NCBI GenBank assembly: GCA_963749655.1
Contig: CAVVOB010000030.1
Location: 64,001-128,000, forward strand
Origin: Nitrospirota bacterium
Lineage (GTDB): Bacteria > Nitrospirota > UBA9217
Length of the DNA: 64,000 nucleotides
Direction of reading: 5' to 3'
Shown here: positions 23,907-34,519 of the stretch, piece after piece
How positions within the stretch are numbered: position 1 is the first letter of the stretch
Layout of the letters: each line of letters starts with the position of its first letter
Notes under the pieces: model-generated
What the model saw: the letters and a program-made list of their open reading frames with translations, nothing else
Told to the model about the DNA's origin: nothing
Database searches by the model: none
Position numbers and translations under genes: made by a program

Positions 23907-24305
23907 GTGAAAGCGTGCTTTGGATTGATGGTTTTCATGCTGTGTCTGGCCTGGTCCATGCCTGTTTTTGCCGAACAGGTCTCCCACCACGGGACCACGG
24001 CGGAAGTCAACGGCAAGGCCGTGATATGCATCTCCTGCCATGACGGCTCCCTGGCGCACGTCGTATCATACTGCACGGTAAAGTGCGATTTCAGCACATC
24101 CCATGCCATTTTAAAACGCTATCCTCCCCCCGGAAAGGAGCGTGACTATGCACCGGCCGGCGTACTGGCAGCGGAAGGCATCAAGCTCGAGAGGGACCAG
24201 GTCACCTGCATCTCCTGCCACGATCTGAAAAATCCGGGGGAAAATCACCTCGTCAGGGCTAAAAGCGGAAAGAACCTCTGCAGGATCTGTCATGTCAGAC
24301 AGTGA
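23907..24305 (+). CDS. Small periplasmic multiheme c-type cytochrome
   Basis: Signal peptide; CISCH, CISCH, CRICH plus a CTVKC...H segment. Confidence 0.8.
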   Translation: MKACFGLMVFMLCLAWSMPVFAEQVSHHGTTAEVNGKAVICISCHDGSLAHVVSYCTVKCDFSTSHAILKRYPPPGKERDYAPAGVLAAEGIKLERDQVTCISCHDLKNPGENHLVRAKSGKNLCRICHVRQ

Positions 24306-24490
24306 AGAGTGCCGCTCCGGCATGCTTTTCGCAAATGACCGCAAGAGGTCCCCAGTTTTTTTCTGATGAAAACAATCCCCCGTTGTTCGCTATGCATCCG
24401 AAACGGAGCGAGACGAGTGCCCGGTCGTGCGGCCTGCCGGATGTCGCTGCCGGGAGCGTGAAATTGCCGATGTCCGCCTGAACGCCTATT

Positions 24491-25744
24491 ATGCACAACG
24501 ATCTGATGATCATTATAATTGTTTCGATAATAGCTTCCCTGGTGTGCTGCATTGTTTTGTTCCTCGGCGCGAGCGTTGTGCGCAGGATATGGAACGACCG
24601 CAGGTACGAAGAACTTGACACCCTTCGGCGGGAGTTCCGGCTCCGTATCGCCCCTCTGCTCGATGAGAGGGGCAAGGGGGGGGGCGCGGGTCTGTGTGCC
24701 CCGAGAGGCTCGCTTGCGTGGCAGGCGCTCGAAGAAGTGCTTTTGGAGGCGGCAGATCGCGAGACCCGCGGCAATTCCCTTGCAGGATTATTCATCCGGC
24801 TCGGATACGTCGCCTTTTATGAAGACCGTCTTCGCAGCAGAAATGTCCTGATCCGGGCATCAGCCATCGACAAGCTCGGCAGAATGCGGTCCCCGTCATC
24901 TACACCGAAGCTCCTGCCTTTTCTCGATACGGCAAATCCCGAACTCCTGTCGGTAACAGTCCGTGCACTCAGCAGAATAGGCGCGCAGGAGGGGCTCGCC
25001 TCTATCGTGCAGCGCCTGCCGGACCTGCTCACGAAATCACTCGTGACGCGCAAGACCATGGAGACCGCGCTCCTCAACTTCGGCGCAGCGGCAATTGCGC
25101 CTCTTATCGCCGGCAACCTTGAACAGGCGGACCCCTGGGTCGCATCCTGCGTGCTGGAGACGCTGTCCCATCTTCAGCCGGACAGCCGGTCGGTGCAGAT
25201 GGCGATCACGCACCTCCAAAGCCCGAATCCCGAGGTGAGGAGCAAAGCGCTGAAAGTTCTCGGGCGTTCCGGTCAGATCCTGCCGGCGAACGCTGCTGAT
25301 TACATCCTTCCGCTTCTCGACGACCCGGTCTGGTTCGTCCGGCTCCAGGCGATCAAGTCCGCGGGCGCTGTGGGCGGCGCGGCGGTCGCAGTACCGCTGG
25401 GCAAGCTCCTGTTCGACACAAACTGGCACGTGCGGAGCGAGGCCGTGCTTGTTCTGGCGCGGTTCGGCGACAGTGTCGTTGATGTGTTCCTTGACGCGCT
25501 GAGGACCGATGATGTCTATGCCAAAGAAAGCATCTGCGAGGAGATCGAGATCACCGGGTTCGCGGACAGGCTCATCGAACACCTTGACGGCCGGGGCCGC
25601 ATGCGGACGACGTCCGGTGAAATTCTGCGGATCATGCATTCCCGCCGCTTCTCCTCCCCTTTGACGACGTATCTGGAAACCGGGCAAAACGAGCGGATCA
25701 AGACTGAAGTGAGAACCTTGCTGGCTGAAGGCGCGAGGTCATGA
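24491..25744 (+). CDS. Membrane-anchored HEAT-repeat protein
   Basis: N-terminal TM; repeated VR..A...LG / D..W.VR motifs. Confidence 0.85.
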   Translation: MHNDLMIIIIVSIIASLVCCIVLFLGASVVRRIWNDRRYEELDTLRREFRLRIAPLLDERGKGGGAGLCAPRGSLAWQALEEVLLEAADRETRGNSLAGLFIRLGYVAFYEDRLRSRNVLIRASAIDKLGRMRSPSSTPKLLPFLDTANPELLSVTVRALSRIGAQEGLASIVQRLPDLLTKSLVTRKTMETALLNFGAAAIAPLIAGNLEQADPWVASCVLETLSHLQPDSRSVQMAITHLQSPNPEVRSKALKVLGRSGQILPANAADYILPLLDDPVWFVRLQAIKSAGAVGGAAVAVPLGKLLFDTNWHVRSEAVLVLARFGDSVVDVFLDALRTDDVYAKESICEEIEITGFADRLIEHLDGRGRMRTTSGEILRIMHSRRFSSPLTTYLETGQNERIKTEVRTLLAEGARS

Positions 25745-27198
25745 AAAGCGCGGCAATAACGTTCATTATCTGGTTCAATTACTTCGTCGGAGCATATTTC
25801 GGCGTGGTGAATACGATCTACGCCTGTCTTCTGGCGCTGGCGCTGGTCGCCATTCTGCGCCATATCCGGCGCATCAAATATTCGCCCCACAGAGATTTTC
25901 ATTCCTCCCCGGAAACGCCGCCAGTCTCGATCCTGATACCGCTCCATAACGAAGAGAAGATCGTCGTCAGGAGCATCCGTGCGGCGCTTGCCGGCACCTA
26001 CCCGTCCTTCGAAGTGATCGCGATCAATGACGGATCCCAGGACGGGACCCTGCAGGCCGTTATCCGGGAATTCCGCCTCAGGAAGGTCGACCGGGTGTAC
26101 CGGAGCTTTCTCCGGACCGAGGCGGTCAAGGACTTCTATGCCAGTAATGAGACTCCCCACCTCCTGGTCATCGACAAGGAACAGGGAGGAAAGGCCGACG
26201 CGCTCAATTGCGGCATCAATGTGTCCCGTTCTCCCTACTTCTGTTCGGTTGATGCGGATTCCCTGCTGGAGAAAGACGCCCTTATCAGGCTCATGACGCC
26301 TGTCCTGGAAAGTCACGTGCCGGTGGTCGCCTGCGGAGGAGTTGTCCGCGTTTTGAACGGCGTTCAGCTTAAGGACGAGATCTCCATCGGGGAGATCGAG
26401 CTTCCCGACCGGCCGATAGCCCTCTTCCAGATCGTCGAATATCTTCGCGGATTCCTGTTCGGCCGGGTGGGGTGGGACGCCCTGAACTCCCTGCTGATCA
26501 TCTCGGGAACGTTCTCGTTGTTTATGAAACAGGCCATCATCGAGGCGGGAGGGTTCAGAATCGGGAATGTATCGGAGGACATGGAGATCATCGTGCGGCT
26601 CCACCGGCTGCGGATGCAGCAGGGCAGACCGTACAGGATCCGCTTCATATCCGATCCGATCTGCTGGACCGAAGCGCCGGAAAAGCTCGGGATGCTGGCC
26701 CGGCAGCGCAGACGCTGGCACCTCGGGCTGATGCAGAGCCTGTGGCAGCACCGCGGCATGTTCCTGAATCCGCGGTACGGGCGCATCGGCATGATCGTGA
26801 TGCCTTATTACCTCCTCTTCGAAGTCCTCGGTCCCGTTATCGAAGTGGTCGGGTACATCGCGGTATTCCTGTCCTATCTTCTGGGTATGCTCGACACCCG
26901 GTTTCTCATGCTCTTCTTCACCCTGGCCATCTTCTACGGCGTATTCCTCTCGACGGCCGGAATATTCCTCGAAGAGCTTACCTACCGCAGGTATCCCGCA
27001 TGGAGGCACATGTTCCGCCTCCTGCTGTACGGCGTGTTCGAGAATTTCGGCTACCGGCAGATCAATTCCTTCTGGAGACTCCAGGCGGCATTCAATTATG
27101 TGACCGGCAGGACCAGCTGGGAATATGTCCAGCACAAAGGAAGCGCTTCTGCGAAACCCGATCGAATTGCGTCCGGGACGGTTCCTCAGACCCGCTGA
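25741..27198 (+). CDS. Processive GT2 glycosyltransferase (PgaC/IcaA/NfrB-like synthase)
   Basis: NDGS.D, GGKADALN, DAD, SED, QRRRW; multiple TMs. Confidence 0.92.
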   Translation: MKSAAITFIIWFNYFVGAYFGVVNTIYACLLALALVAILRHIRRIKYSPHRDFHSSPETPPVSILIPLHNEEKIVVRSIRAALAGTYPSFEVIAINDGSQDGTLQAVIREFRLRKVDRVYRSFLRTEAVKDFYASNETPHLLVIDKEQGGKADALNCGINVSRSPYFCSVDADSLLEKDALIRLMTPVLESHVPVVACGGVVRVLNGVQLKDEISIGEIELPDRPIALFQIVEYLRGFLFGRVGWDALNSLLIISGTFSLFMKQAIIEAGGFRIGNVSEDMEIIVRLHRLRMQQGRPYRIRFISDPICWTEAPEKLGMLARQRRRWHLGLMQSLWQHRGMFLNPRYGRIGMIVMPYYLLFEVLGPVIEVVGYIAVFLSYLLGMLDTRFLMLFFTLAIFYGVFLSTAGIFLEELTYRRYPAWRHMFRLLLYGVFENFGYRQINSFWRLQAAFNYVTGRTSWEYVQHKGSASAKPDRIASGTVPQTR

Positions 27199-27294
27199 GG
27201 CGGACGGCTCCGGCGGGACGAGAACCACAGCGCGGCCATCGGAGAGCTGTAGCGGGCAGGCAATCATTTCCCACACGAGGGAGCAATCTCCGCT

Positions 27295-28596
27295 ATGATG
27301 ATCCTTCTTGCAATAAGCCTCGTCGCTGCAATCGCGGACGGCGACGCCGCCATGACGAAAGGCGATTATGAGACTGCCGCGCACTCTTATCGCGCGGAGG
27401 CTGACGCCCATCCGGAATCCTATGACGTAAAGTTCAAGCTGGCGCGGGCCCTTTCGTTCTCGAACCACCGCGAGGAGGCAGTGAAGATATATACGGAACT
27501 GCTTGCGGAGAGTCCGGAGAATTCCGATCTGCTCCTTGCACGCGGCCGAACGTATGCGTGGGATGGCCGCTGGGCCGAGGCGGAAAAAGATTTGAGGGCG
27601 GTCACAACGCGGCTGCCGGCTTACGGCGATGCCTGGTCCGCCCTGGGAGATGTCTATCTCTGGAGCGATCGCCCAGCCGACGCTGTGAGCGCATACGGGA
27701 AATGGATAGCGGCAAGCCCCGATGATCCCCGGGCCTCTATTGCCCGGGCCCGGGCCCGGCGTGCGGCCGGAGACACGGCCCTGGCCCGCGCGGATTTTGA
27801 AGCGGCGCGGACCCACGGGGCGCCCGACAGCGAGATCGACGAATATCTTTCCACACTTCAGCGGCGGGTCGAGCCCGAAGCTGCGTCGCCCGCTCAGTAC
27901 CAATGGCTGCTGAACCTGTCGGCGGGTACGAGCAGGTTCTCGCCGGTTACCGGCGAATGGAACTATTATGACGCTTCGCTCCGCCGTTACTGGAAAACCG
28001 CGTCCCTGGCCTTCGAATACCTTGAATCCCAGCGGTTCCAGACCGAAGATCACGCCTTTGCGCTCGATGCCTATGTTGACGTCTGGCCGCGCGCCTATGC
28101 GAACCTGCGGATGCAGTATGGACCCCGCGCCGTGCTTTTCCCGAATGACGCCTACCGCGCCGAATTGTTTCAGGGGGTCGGCAAGGGGTGGGAGCTTTCC
28201 GCGAGCTACGACCACATGGACTTCGGGGAAACGAATGTGGACATGTACGGAGCAGGCCTGGGGAAATACATCGGAGACTGGTATCTCCGGTGGAAGGTCC
28301 TTCTGATCCCCGCGCCGGCGAACACGCTGGCAGTATCTCACCGGTATCTCGTCCGGTATTACTATGCCGGCAACGGCGACGACTACATCGAGGCGAACGG
28401 CGGTTACGGCGAGGGCGGCGAGTATTTCCAGGGCACGGGGATCATCGAGACGGCAAGGAACCACGGCTACGGAGCGGCCTTCCAGAAATATGTTACCCCG
28501 CAGTGGGGCTTCAAGGTGACGGCCGGCTACGGGGAGAACAATGTCTATCCCTTTACGGAACGGTATGTTTCGGCCAATCTTTTGAGGCGTTGGTGA
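27295..28596 (+). CDS. TPR + YaiO-family outer-membrane beta-barrel protein
   Basis: Signal peptide, TPRs, beta-strand C-terminus ending in W; LDAY..VW...YAN and ELFQG.G.GWELSA patterns. Confidence 0.75.
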   Translation: MMILLAISLVAAIADGDAAMTKGDYETAAHSYRAEADAHPESYDVKFKLARALSFSNHREEAVKIYTELLAESPENSDLLLARGRTYAWDGRWAEAEKDLRAVTTRLPAYGDAWSALGDVYLWSDRPADAVSAYGKWIAASPDDPRASIARARARRAAGDTALARADFEAARTHGAPDSEIDEYLSTLQRRVEPEAASPAQYQWLLNLSAGTSRFSPVTGEWNYYDASLRRYWKTASLAFEYLESQRFQTEDHAFALDAYVDVWPRAYANLRMQYGPRAVLFPNDAYRAELFQGVGKGWELSASYDHMDFGETNVDMYGAGLGKYIGDWYLRWKVLLIPAPANTLAVSHRYLVRYYYAGNGDDYIEANGGYGEGGEYFQGTGIIETARNHGYGAAFQKYVTPQWGFKVTAGYGENNVYPFTERYVSANLLRRW

Positions 28597-28608
28597 AAAA
28601 CCTGTGAT

Positions 28609-30720
28609 ATGATGAGTCTCGTGCGGAGAGTTTCTATCTGCCGGGCACACCCCTTGAGCGACATGCCCCAACAATCATCTGAAAAAACTCTTATCGAAAA
28701 GCTGAAGAACGGCGCGGCCCTCTTCTGCAGCCTGTCCCTGGCGCTGCTCGTCTCCGGCGCCGCACTGCGCGTCCTGGAGCTCCTGTATTTCTTCGGGACC
28801 CACCGGATACCTGCCGATGTCCTGGCCGTTGTTTTCCAGGCGCTCCTTTTCGACGCCCTGTCGTTCGCGGAACTGCTTCCCCTTCTGTTCGTTCCGTTCT
28901 TCCTGGTCTACCTCGGGTCAAGGAACGCTGCCTGCCGATACCGCGTCTACGACGCTCTGGGCACGATCGTCCTGGTCCTCTCCGCCCTGCTGGTCAAGTA
29001 TTTCAATACAACGCTCGTTCCCCTGGGGTCCGACCTTTTCGGCTATACGCCGAAGGAAATAGCGGAAACCGCGGGGGGCGGCGCCACGATCGACGTGATG
29101 ACAATTCTCCTTTTGATCGTGCCTCCGGTACTGTTCTGGAGGACGCTCACGTTCGTGGCGAGACGGAGGCCGCTCCCGCACGCCGCCTCTCTGGCCGTTC
29201 TCGGGGCAGGCGTCATCCTGCTTGCTTCGGTGTCCGTGCTGCCTGCCAGGTCCGTCTTTACCTCGCAACTGTCCTACGATCTGGCGTTGAACAAGCCGGC
29301 CTATTTCATAAAGGACTCTGTTTCCTATCTTTCAAGATCCCTGAAGGACAATTCTTCCTCCGATTCCCCCTCCGTCTTCCGCAGCACGACAAAGCAGCAG
29401 GCGATCAGGCCGACGAACAACCAGCAAAAAACTACGGGCTTCACCTATGTCGATCCCGAGTATCCCTTCCTCCGGAAAGATGAGACTCCCGATGTCCTGG
29501 GGAAATTTTTTACGATCAATTCCAAGAGGCCGCCGAATATCGTCTTCGTGCTCGTGGAGGGGCTGGGCGCGGCCTTCAGCGGCCCCCGGGCATACCTCGG
29601 CAGCTTTACGCCGTTCCTCGACGAACTGGCGAAAAAGAGCCTCTTCTGGGAGAATTTTCTGGCGACCCAGGGCCGCACCTTTGCCGCGCTCCCGTCGATT
29701 CTGGCCTCCCTGCCCTATGCAAGCCAGGGGTTCAGCGATCTGAAGCAAAAAATGCCGAGGCATCTGTCGCTCATGAGCATCCTGAAGCACAACGGGTACC
29801 GTCTGAGGTTCTCTATCGGCAGCGACCCCGATTTTGACGACGAGCGGCTGTTTCTGCAGAAGCAGGGAGTGGACGTCATCGTCGGCAAAGACGACTACGA
29901 CGGCACCTATGTTGTCGCGCCGGGCACAAGCTGGGGATATCCCGACCGGGAGGTCATGCGGAAGGCCCTGGAAGGGGAGCGCCGGGACTCGCGTCAGCCC
30001 TATGTCTCGTTCGTCCAGACGATGAGCATGCATACTTCCTATTCCATCCCCGATCAGGACCTCTACCGCAGACGTTTCGAGGAGCGGATGACGGCGCTCG
30101 GTTTTGACGAGGCAAAAAAGGAGCGGCACCGCGAGTACCGGGACATTTACGCGACCATCCTGTATGCAGATGATGCCCTGCGCTTTTTCTTCGAGGGCTA
30201 CAAAAAGCTTTCCGCCTACGAGAACACGATCTTCATCGTTACGGGAGACCACCGCCTGCCGGAGATCGAGATGTCCACCAAGATAGACCGCTTCCATGTG
30301 CCGCTGATCATCTTTTCACCCCTGCTCAAGCGCCCGCTGCAGATCGAATCGATCTCCTCGCAGCTTGATATTACGCCGTCCCTGCTGGCATTTCTCCGCA
30401 AGAACTATGGGCTCGACACTCCGTCCCTGGTCACCTGGGTAGGTGCGGGTCTGGACACGGACCCGTCCTTCAGAAACCTTCATTCCTATCCGCTCAAGCA
30501 TACGAAGACCAACTTGATAGATTACATTTCGGGGATGTATTTTTTGGACCAGGACGTCCTGTTCTCGATCGGCAAGGACATGGACCTGGAGCCTGTTGCG
30601 GACGAGAAGAAAAAGAAGGAGCTGATCGCGGAATTCGACCGATACAAATCCATGAACGACAGGTTCATCCGGGAATTAAAACTGATGCCGGACAGCCTGT
30701 ATGAACGCTATCATCCCTGA
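28609..30720 (+). CDS. LTA synthase / sulfatase-family membrane protein
   Basis: About 5 TMs, PNIVFVLVEGL, GRTF (Thr nucleophile), TMSMH, TGDH, SQLDITP. Confidence 0.85.
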   Translation: MMSLVRRVSICRAHPLSDMPQQSSEKTLIEKLKNGAALFCSLSLALLVSGAALRVLELLYFFGTHRIPADVLAVVFQALLFDALSFAELLPLLFVPFFLVYLGSRNAACRYRVYDALGTIVLVLSALLVKYFNTTLVPLGSDLFGYTPKEIAETAGGGATIDVMTILLLIVPPVLFWRTLTFVARRRPLPHAASLAVLGAGVILLASVSVLPARSVFTSQLSYDLALNKPAYFIKDSVSYLSRSLKDNSSSDSPSVFRSTTKQQAIRPTNNQQKTTGFTYVDPEYPFLRKDETPDVLGKFFTINSKRPPNIVFVLVEGLGAAFSGPRAYLGSFTPFLDELAKKSLFWENFLATQGRTFAALPSILASLPYASQGFSDLKQKMPRHLSLMSILKHNGYRLRFSIGSDPDFDDERLFLQKQGVDVIVGKDDYDGTYVVAPGTSWGYPDREVMRKALEGERRDSRQPYVSFVQTMSMHTSYSIPDQDLYRRRFEERMTALGFDEAKKERHREYRDIYATILYADDALRFFFEGYKKLSAYENTIFIVTGDHRLPEIEMSTKIDRFHVPLIIFSPLLKRPLQIESISSQLDITPSLLAFLRKNYGLDTPSLVTWVGAGLDTDPSFRNLHSYPLKHTKTNLIDYISGMYFLDQDVLFSIGKDMDLEPVADEKKKKELIAEFDRYKSMNDRFIRELKLMPDSLYERYHP

Positions 30721-30752
30721 CATGACCGTATGATAAGCGAAGGAGCACACCT

Positions 30753-31604
30753 GTGACCGCGGCGAGGAACGACCAAACGGGTACCGGTCAGGAACCCCGA
30801 TTCGTTGACGCTCATGTGCACATCAGGGCTGTCCGGGGTCTGGCAGACCTCAGGAGCGCCCGTGTCGCGGCCGCGCGGGATGCAGGCACGCGGGCAGGAA
30901 CGGGCCTGGCTGTCGCCGCATCATCTCGGGGTCAGGGAACACCGCTTATTAGTTCAGCAGGAAAGGCGCTTTATAAAAAAGGGGGATACGGCTCGGCCTT
31001 CGGCATTCCCGTGGAGAGCATCGAAGACATCCGGCGCGAAATAGTCGTGCTCAAATTGGCGGGAGCTGGTATAATCAAGGCCATGGCATCAGGGCTGGTC
31101 AGCCTCGTTGCGAGGGACACCGTCACGCCGGGCGGATTCACGCATCAGGAACTTGCCGCGCTGGTGCAGGAAGCGAACGCGCTGGGCCTTCCGGTCATGG
31201 CGCATGCCAACGGAGAGGACGCCATTATTGCCGCTGCAGAGACCGGCGTGCGGTCCATCGAGCACGGTTTTTTCATGTCGCCGCGGGCGCTCGACGCCAT
31301 GGCGAAACGGGGCGTCTTCTGGGTGCCCACGGTCGGAGCGCTGGTGCGGGCCCTGGAGTCCGGGAACGTCTCACCGGACATGAAAGTCCATATCCGGGAG
31401 CTGATCCGCAGCCACCTCGCGATGATCGCACAGGCTCACGCGAGGGGCGTCTCGATGGCCATCGGCACTGATTGTGTCCTGCCGGATCCGGGCTACGGGA
31501 AGGCTTATCAAGAAGAGCTTGCGTACTTCGAAGAGGCCGGTCTTTCCTCCTCTGCGGTCCTGGAGATCGCCTGCAGCAGCGGTGCGAAGCTGTTGGGAGT
31601 ATAA
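30753..31604 (+). CDS. Amidohydrolase-family protein
   Basis: DAHVH, IKAMASG, MAHANG, SIEHG, IGTD. Confidence 0.8.
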   Translation: MTAARNDQTGTGQEPRFVDAHVHIRAVRGLADLRSARVAAARDAGTRAGTGLAVAASSRGQGTPLISSAGKALYKKGGYGSAFGIPVESIEDIRREIVVLKLAGAGIIKAMASGLVSLVARDTVTPGGFTHQELAALVQEANALGLPVMAHANGEDAIIAAAETGVRSIEHGFFMSPRALDAMAKRGVFWVPTVGALVRALESGNVSPDMKVHIRELIRSHLAMIAQAHARGVSMAIGTDCVLPDPGYGKAYQEELAYFEEAGLSSSAVLEIACSSGAKLLGV

Positions 31605-31707
31605 ACAAGGGGCCGGGTCCAAGGGCCGAGTCCACAGTCGTACGCCTCGGACCGGACCCCGCGTCTCAGGCTCCTCCATCTCTGTCGCTTTCGAAAAAAT
31701 CAAATTT

Positions 31708-31789
31708 TACCGCAGAGCCAGCAGAGAACGCAGAGTATATTTTATAAATAATAACGAATTTCTCTGCGACCTCGGCGTTCTCCGCGGTT
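31708..31789. repeat. Nonamer-periodic inverted-repeat element
   Basis: accgcagagccagcagagaacgcagag ... ctctgcgacctcggcgttctccgcggt. Confidence 0.75.
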
Positions 31790-31834
31790 GAAAAGCTTTT
31801 TACGAATTTGTCAATCTTGTCTTCGGAGGTTCTC

Positions 31835-32914
31835 ATGCGAATCGGAGTTCTGTCAGGCGGAGGCGATGCCCCCGGACTCAATGCGGTCATCAGGGCCGTC
31901 ACCAAGACCGCGATCTTCAAGTACGGGTGGGAAGTGATCGGCATCATTGACGGGTTCGAGGGACTGCTCACTCCGACGAAGTCGCGTCAGCTCACGTCGT
32001 GGAATACACGGGGCATTATCTTTGTGGGCGGCACCATCCTCGGCACCACCAACCGGGGCAATCCGTTCGCGCACAAAACCGTGGTCAACAACCGGGAGAT
32101 CGTGGAGGACATGTCCGCTGTTGTTCTGAACAACATCAGGGAGCTGGGGCTCGATGTGCTGGTGGTTATCGGCGGCGACGGCTCCCTCAAGATCGGCTCG
32201 GGCCTGCAGAAGCTGGGCGTCCCGGTCATCGGCGTGCCCAAGACCATCGACAATGACCTCATGGCGACCCACGTCACCTTCGGCTTCCAGACAGCGGTGG
32301 ACACGGCGACGGAAGCGCTCGACAAGCTCCATACGACCGCGGAAAGCCACCAGCGGGTCATCGTGCTCGAAGTGATGGGGCGCTACGCCGGATGGATCGC
32401 CCTTGAAGCCGGCATGGCGGGGAGCGCCGATGTCATACTCATCCCGGAAATTCCTTTCAGCTTCGAGAAAGTCACGGAAAAGCTGCTCGAGCGGAAAAAA
32501 GGCGGCAGCAAGTCCAGCATCGTGGTCGTGGCCGAGGGCGCAAAGCCCGCGGGCGGCGAAATGGCTGTACGGGAAAAAGCGGCCGACGGGTACGTGCTGA
32601 GGCTGGGCGGCATGGGCGAGATCGTGGCCAGCGAGATCACGAAGCGCGCCTGCATCGAAACGCGGGTGACCGTGCTCGGCCACCTGCAGCGCGGCGGCAG
32701 CCCCTGTTCCTTCGACCGCCTGCTGGCGACCCGCTACGGCGCGGCGGCGGTCGAGCTCATTGCGCGGAAAAAATTCGGCGAGATGGTCTCCTACCAGCCG
32801 CCGGTCATAACCTCGGTGCCGCTCGAGAGCGCCATCAGCCAGCTCAAGCTCGTCGATCCGGACGGAGAACTCGTCAAACTCGCCGAGGGCATGGGAGTGA
32901 GCTTCGGACGATGA
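31835..32914 (+). CDS. pfkA: 6-phosphofructokinase (group III type)
   Basis: GGGDAPGLN, GGTILGT, GGDGS, PKTIDND, EVMGR, LGHLQRGG. Confidence 0.93.
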   Translation: MRIGVLSGGGDAPGLNAVIRAVTKTAIFKYGWEVIGIIDGFEGLLTPTKSRQLTSWNTRGIIFVGGTILGTTNRGNPFAHKTVVNNREIVEDMSAVVLNNIRELGLDVLVVIGGDGSLKIGSGLQKLGVPVIGVPKTIDNDLMATHVTFGFQTAVDTATEALDKLHTTAESHQRVIVLEVMGRYAGWIALEAGMAGSADVILIPEIPFSFEKVTEKLLERKKGGSKSSIVVVAEGAKPAGGEMAVREKAADGYVLRLGGMGEIVASEITKRACIETRVTVLGHLQRGGSPCSFDRLLATRYGAAAVELIARKKFGEMVSYQPPVITSVPLESAISQLKLVDPDGELVKLAEGMGVSFGR

Positions 32915-34053
32915 ACCTCTTCTTTCTCATGATCTTCGCCGTCTACGGCGGCATGCATGTCTATGCGTTCCTGCGCGCGCGAAGCGTCCTGCACTTCAGC
33001 CTGCCGGCGGGCATCGCGATCGCTGCATTCATGCTGGTCATGATCGCCTCCCTTTTCATCATCAGGCAGCTCGAGTACCTCGGCTACGAGGTTTCCGCCC
33101 GCCTGTTTGCCTATTGTTCCTATTTCTGGCTGGCGGGATTGTTCCTCTTTGTCTGCGGCTCGCTTGTCCTGGACGGCGCCAACGGGCTTCTGCGGGCCGC
33201 GGGCTGGGCCTTCCGCTTCGAGCACGCCGCCCTCCTTATCTCCCCGCGACCCTCCTTTTTTACGGCCCTCGGGCTTTCCGTTGTCATCTGCGCGTACGGA
33301 TATTTCGAAGCCCGTCATATCGGCGTGGAGAAGGTCGTGATCGAGACGTCCAAGCTGCCCGCGGGAACGGAGCGGCTCACCATCGCCCAGATCAGCGACG
33401 TTCACCTCGGCCTCATAATCCGCTGCTCCCGTCTCGGCGCCATGCTGGAAGCAGTCAAGGCCGCGAAACCCGATATTTTCATTTCCAGCGGCGATCTCGT
33501 CGATGCGCAGCTCAACCACCTGCCGGGCCTTGCCGAACTCCTGCGGGAGATCAAGCCCCGGTACGGCAGCTACGCCATCACCGGAAACCATGAATACTAC
33601 GCCGGCATCGATAAAGCGCTGGCGTTCACCCGCGAAGCCGGTTTCCGGGTGCTGCGGAACGAAGCGGTCCAGGCAGGGCCGATCACGATCGCCGGTGTCG
33701 ACGATCACACGGCCGTTCAGCTCCGGCTCGAAAACCCCGTGGCGGAAGACAGTCTGCTGAAGACGCTCCCGAAGGACCGGTTCACCCTGTTTCTGAAGCA
33801 CCAGCCCCATATCCTGCCTTCCACGATTGGTTTATTCGACCTCCAGATGTCCGGCCACACACACAAGGGGCAGATATTTCCCTTTTCCCTTCTCGTGCGC
33901 CTAAGCTTCCCGTTGCTTGCGGGTGATTATGACCTGGGCAAGGGGTCCCGCCTTCATGTCAGCCGCGGGACCGGCACCTGGGGCCCTCCGATCCGGTTTC
34001 TTTCTCCGCCGGAAGTGACGGTGTACGAAATTGTGAGAAAGTTCGGACAATGA
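32911..34053 (+). CDS. Membrane metallophosphoesterase (YkuE/YaeI-like)
   Basis: SDVH, GDLVD, GNHE, SGHTH.GQ, SRG.G.WGPP.R; N-terminal TMs. Confidence 0.9.
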   Translation: MNLFFLMIFAVYGGMHVYAFLRARSVLHFSLPAGIAIAAFMLVMIASLFIIRQLEYLGYEVSARLFAYCSYFWLAGLFLFVCGSLVLDGANGLLRAAGWAFRFEHAALLISPRPSFFTALGLSVVICAYGYFEARHIGVEKVVIETSKLPAGTERLTIAQISDVHLGLIIRCSRLGAMLEAVKAAKPDIFISSGDLVDAQLNHLPGLAELLREIKPRYGSYAITGNHEYYAGIDKALAFTREAGFRVLRNEAVQAGPITIAGVDDHTAVQLRLENPVAEDSLLKTLPKDRFTLFLKHQPHILPSTIGLFDLQMSGHTHKGQIFPFSLLVRLSFPLLAGDYDLGKGSRLHVSRGTGTWGPPIRFLSPPEVTVYEIVRKFGQ

Positions 34054-34249
34054 GCGATTAAAATTGCGAATTGCGGATTGCTGAAATCAGGACAACGAGT
34101 CGGCAGGGTGGAAAGCTTTTCGGCTTGAACAACATCAATAAGCAACAGTCCTTCTCCGCGCAGACCTGTGACACCTCGCTTCATTATTGGATTTGCGCCT
34201 GATTGGACCGGGGTATGGTGCGTTCAGCAGAGGCCGGCTCATGCGTATA

Positions 34250-34519
34250 TCAAGGTGTGTACTTCGGCGTCCGTGAACGGCCGCCGGGGATGACGAACCG
34301 GTCGCGAATGATCCGCCGGAGGCGGGGCGAATAAATCAGATCGAACGCTTCTTCCTTGCCGGGAAACAGGCTGAGCGCCGCGCGCTTTGTGTTTTTCATG
34401 ATCTCGAAGGCCTCATGCAGGGTGAGATCCGCCTGCTGCATGAGAACGGCCTGGTTCAGGTCCACGATCCACCTCAACATCCGCAGCCTTCGCTCTTCTT
34501 CCCGAAGGGCTTCGTTCAT
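34250..34519 (-). CDS. Small conserved hypothetical protein
   Basis: RBS AAGGA; MNEALREE...LFPGKEEAFDLIYSPRLRRII. Confidence 0.65.
   Translation of the reverse strand: MNEALREEERRLRMLRWIVDLNQAVLMQQADLTLHEAFEIMKNTKRAALSLFPGKEEAFDLIYSPRLRRIIRDRFVIPGGRSRTPKYTP

Noticed and set aside
25516-28674. 1052-aa minus-strand ORF and other long antisense ORFs (5509-7287, 9240-10799, 12800-14674, 34783-36261, 38800-40167)
   Set aside because: Shadow ORFs of GC-rich genes on the opposite strand, with no recognisable motifs.
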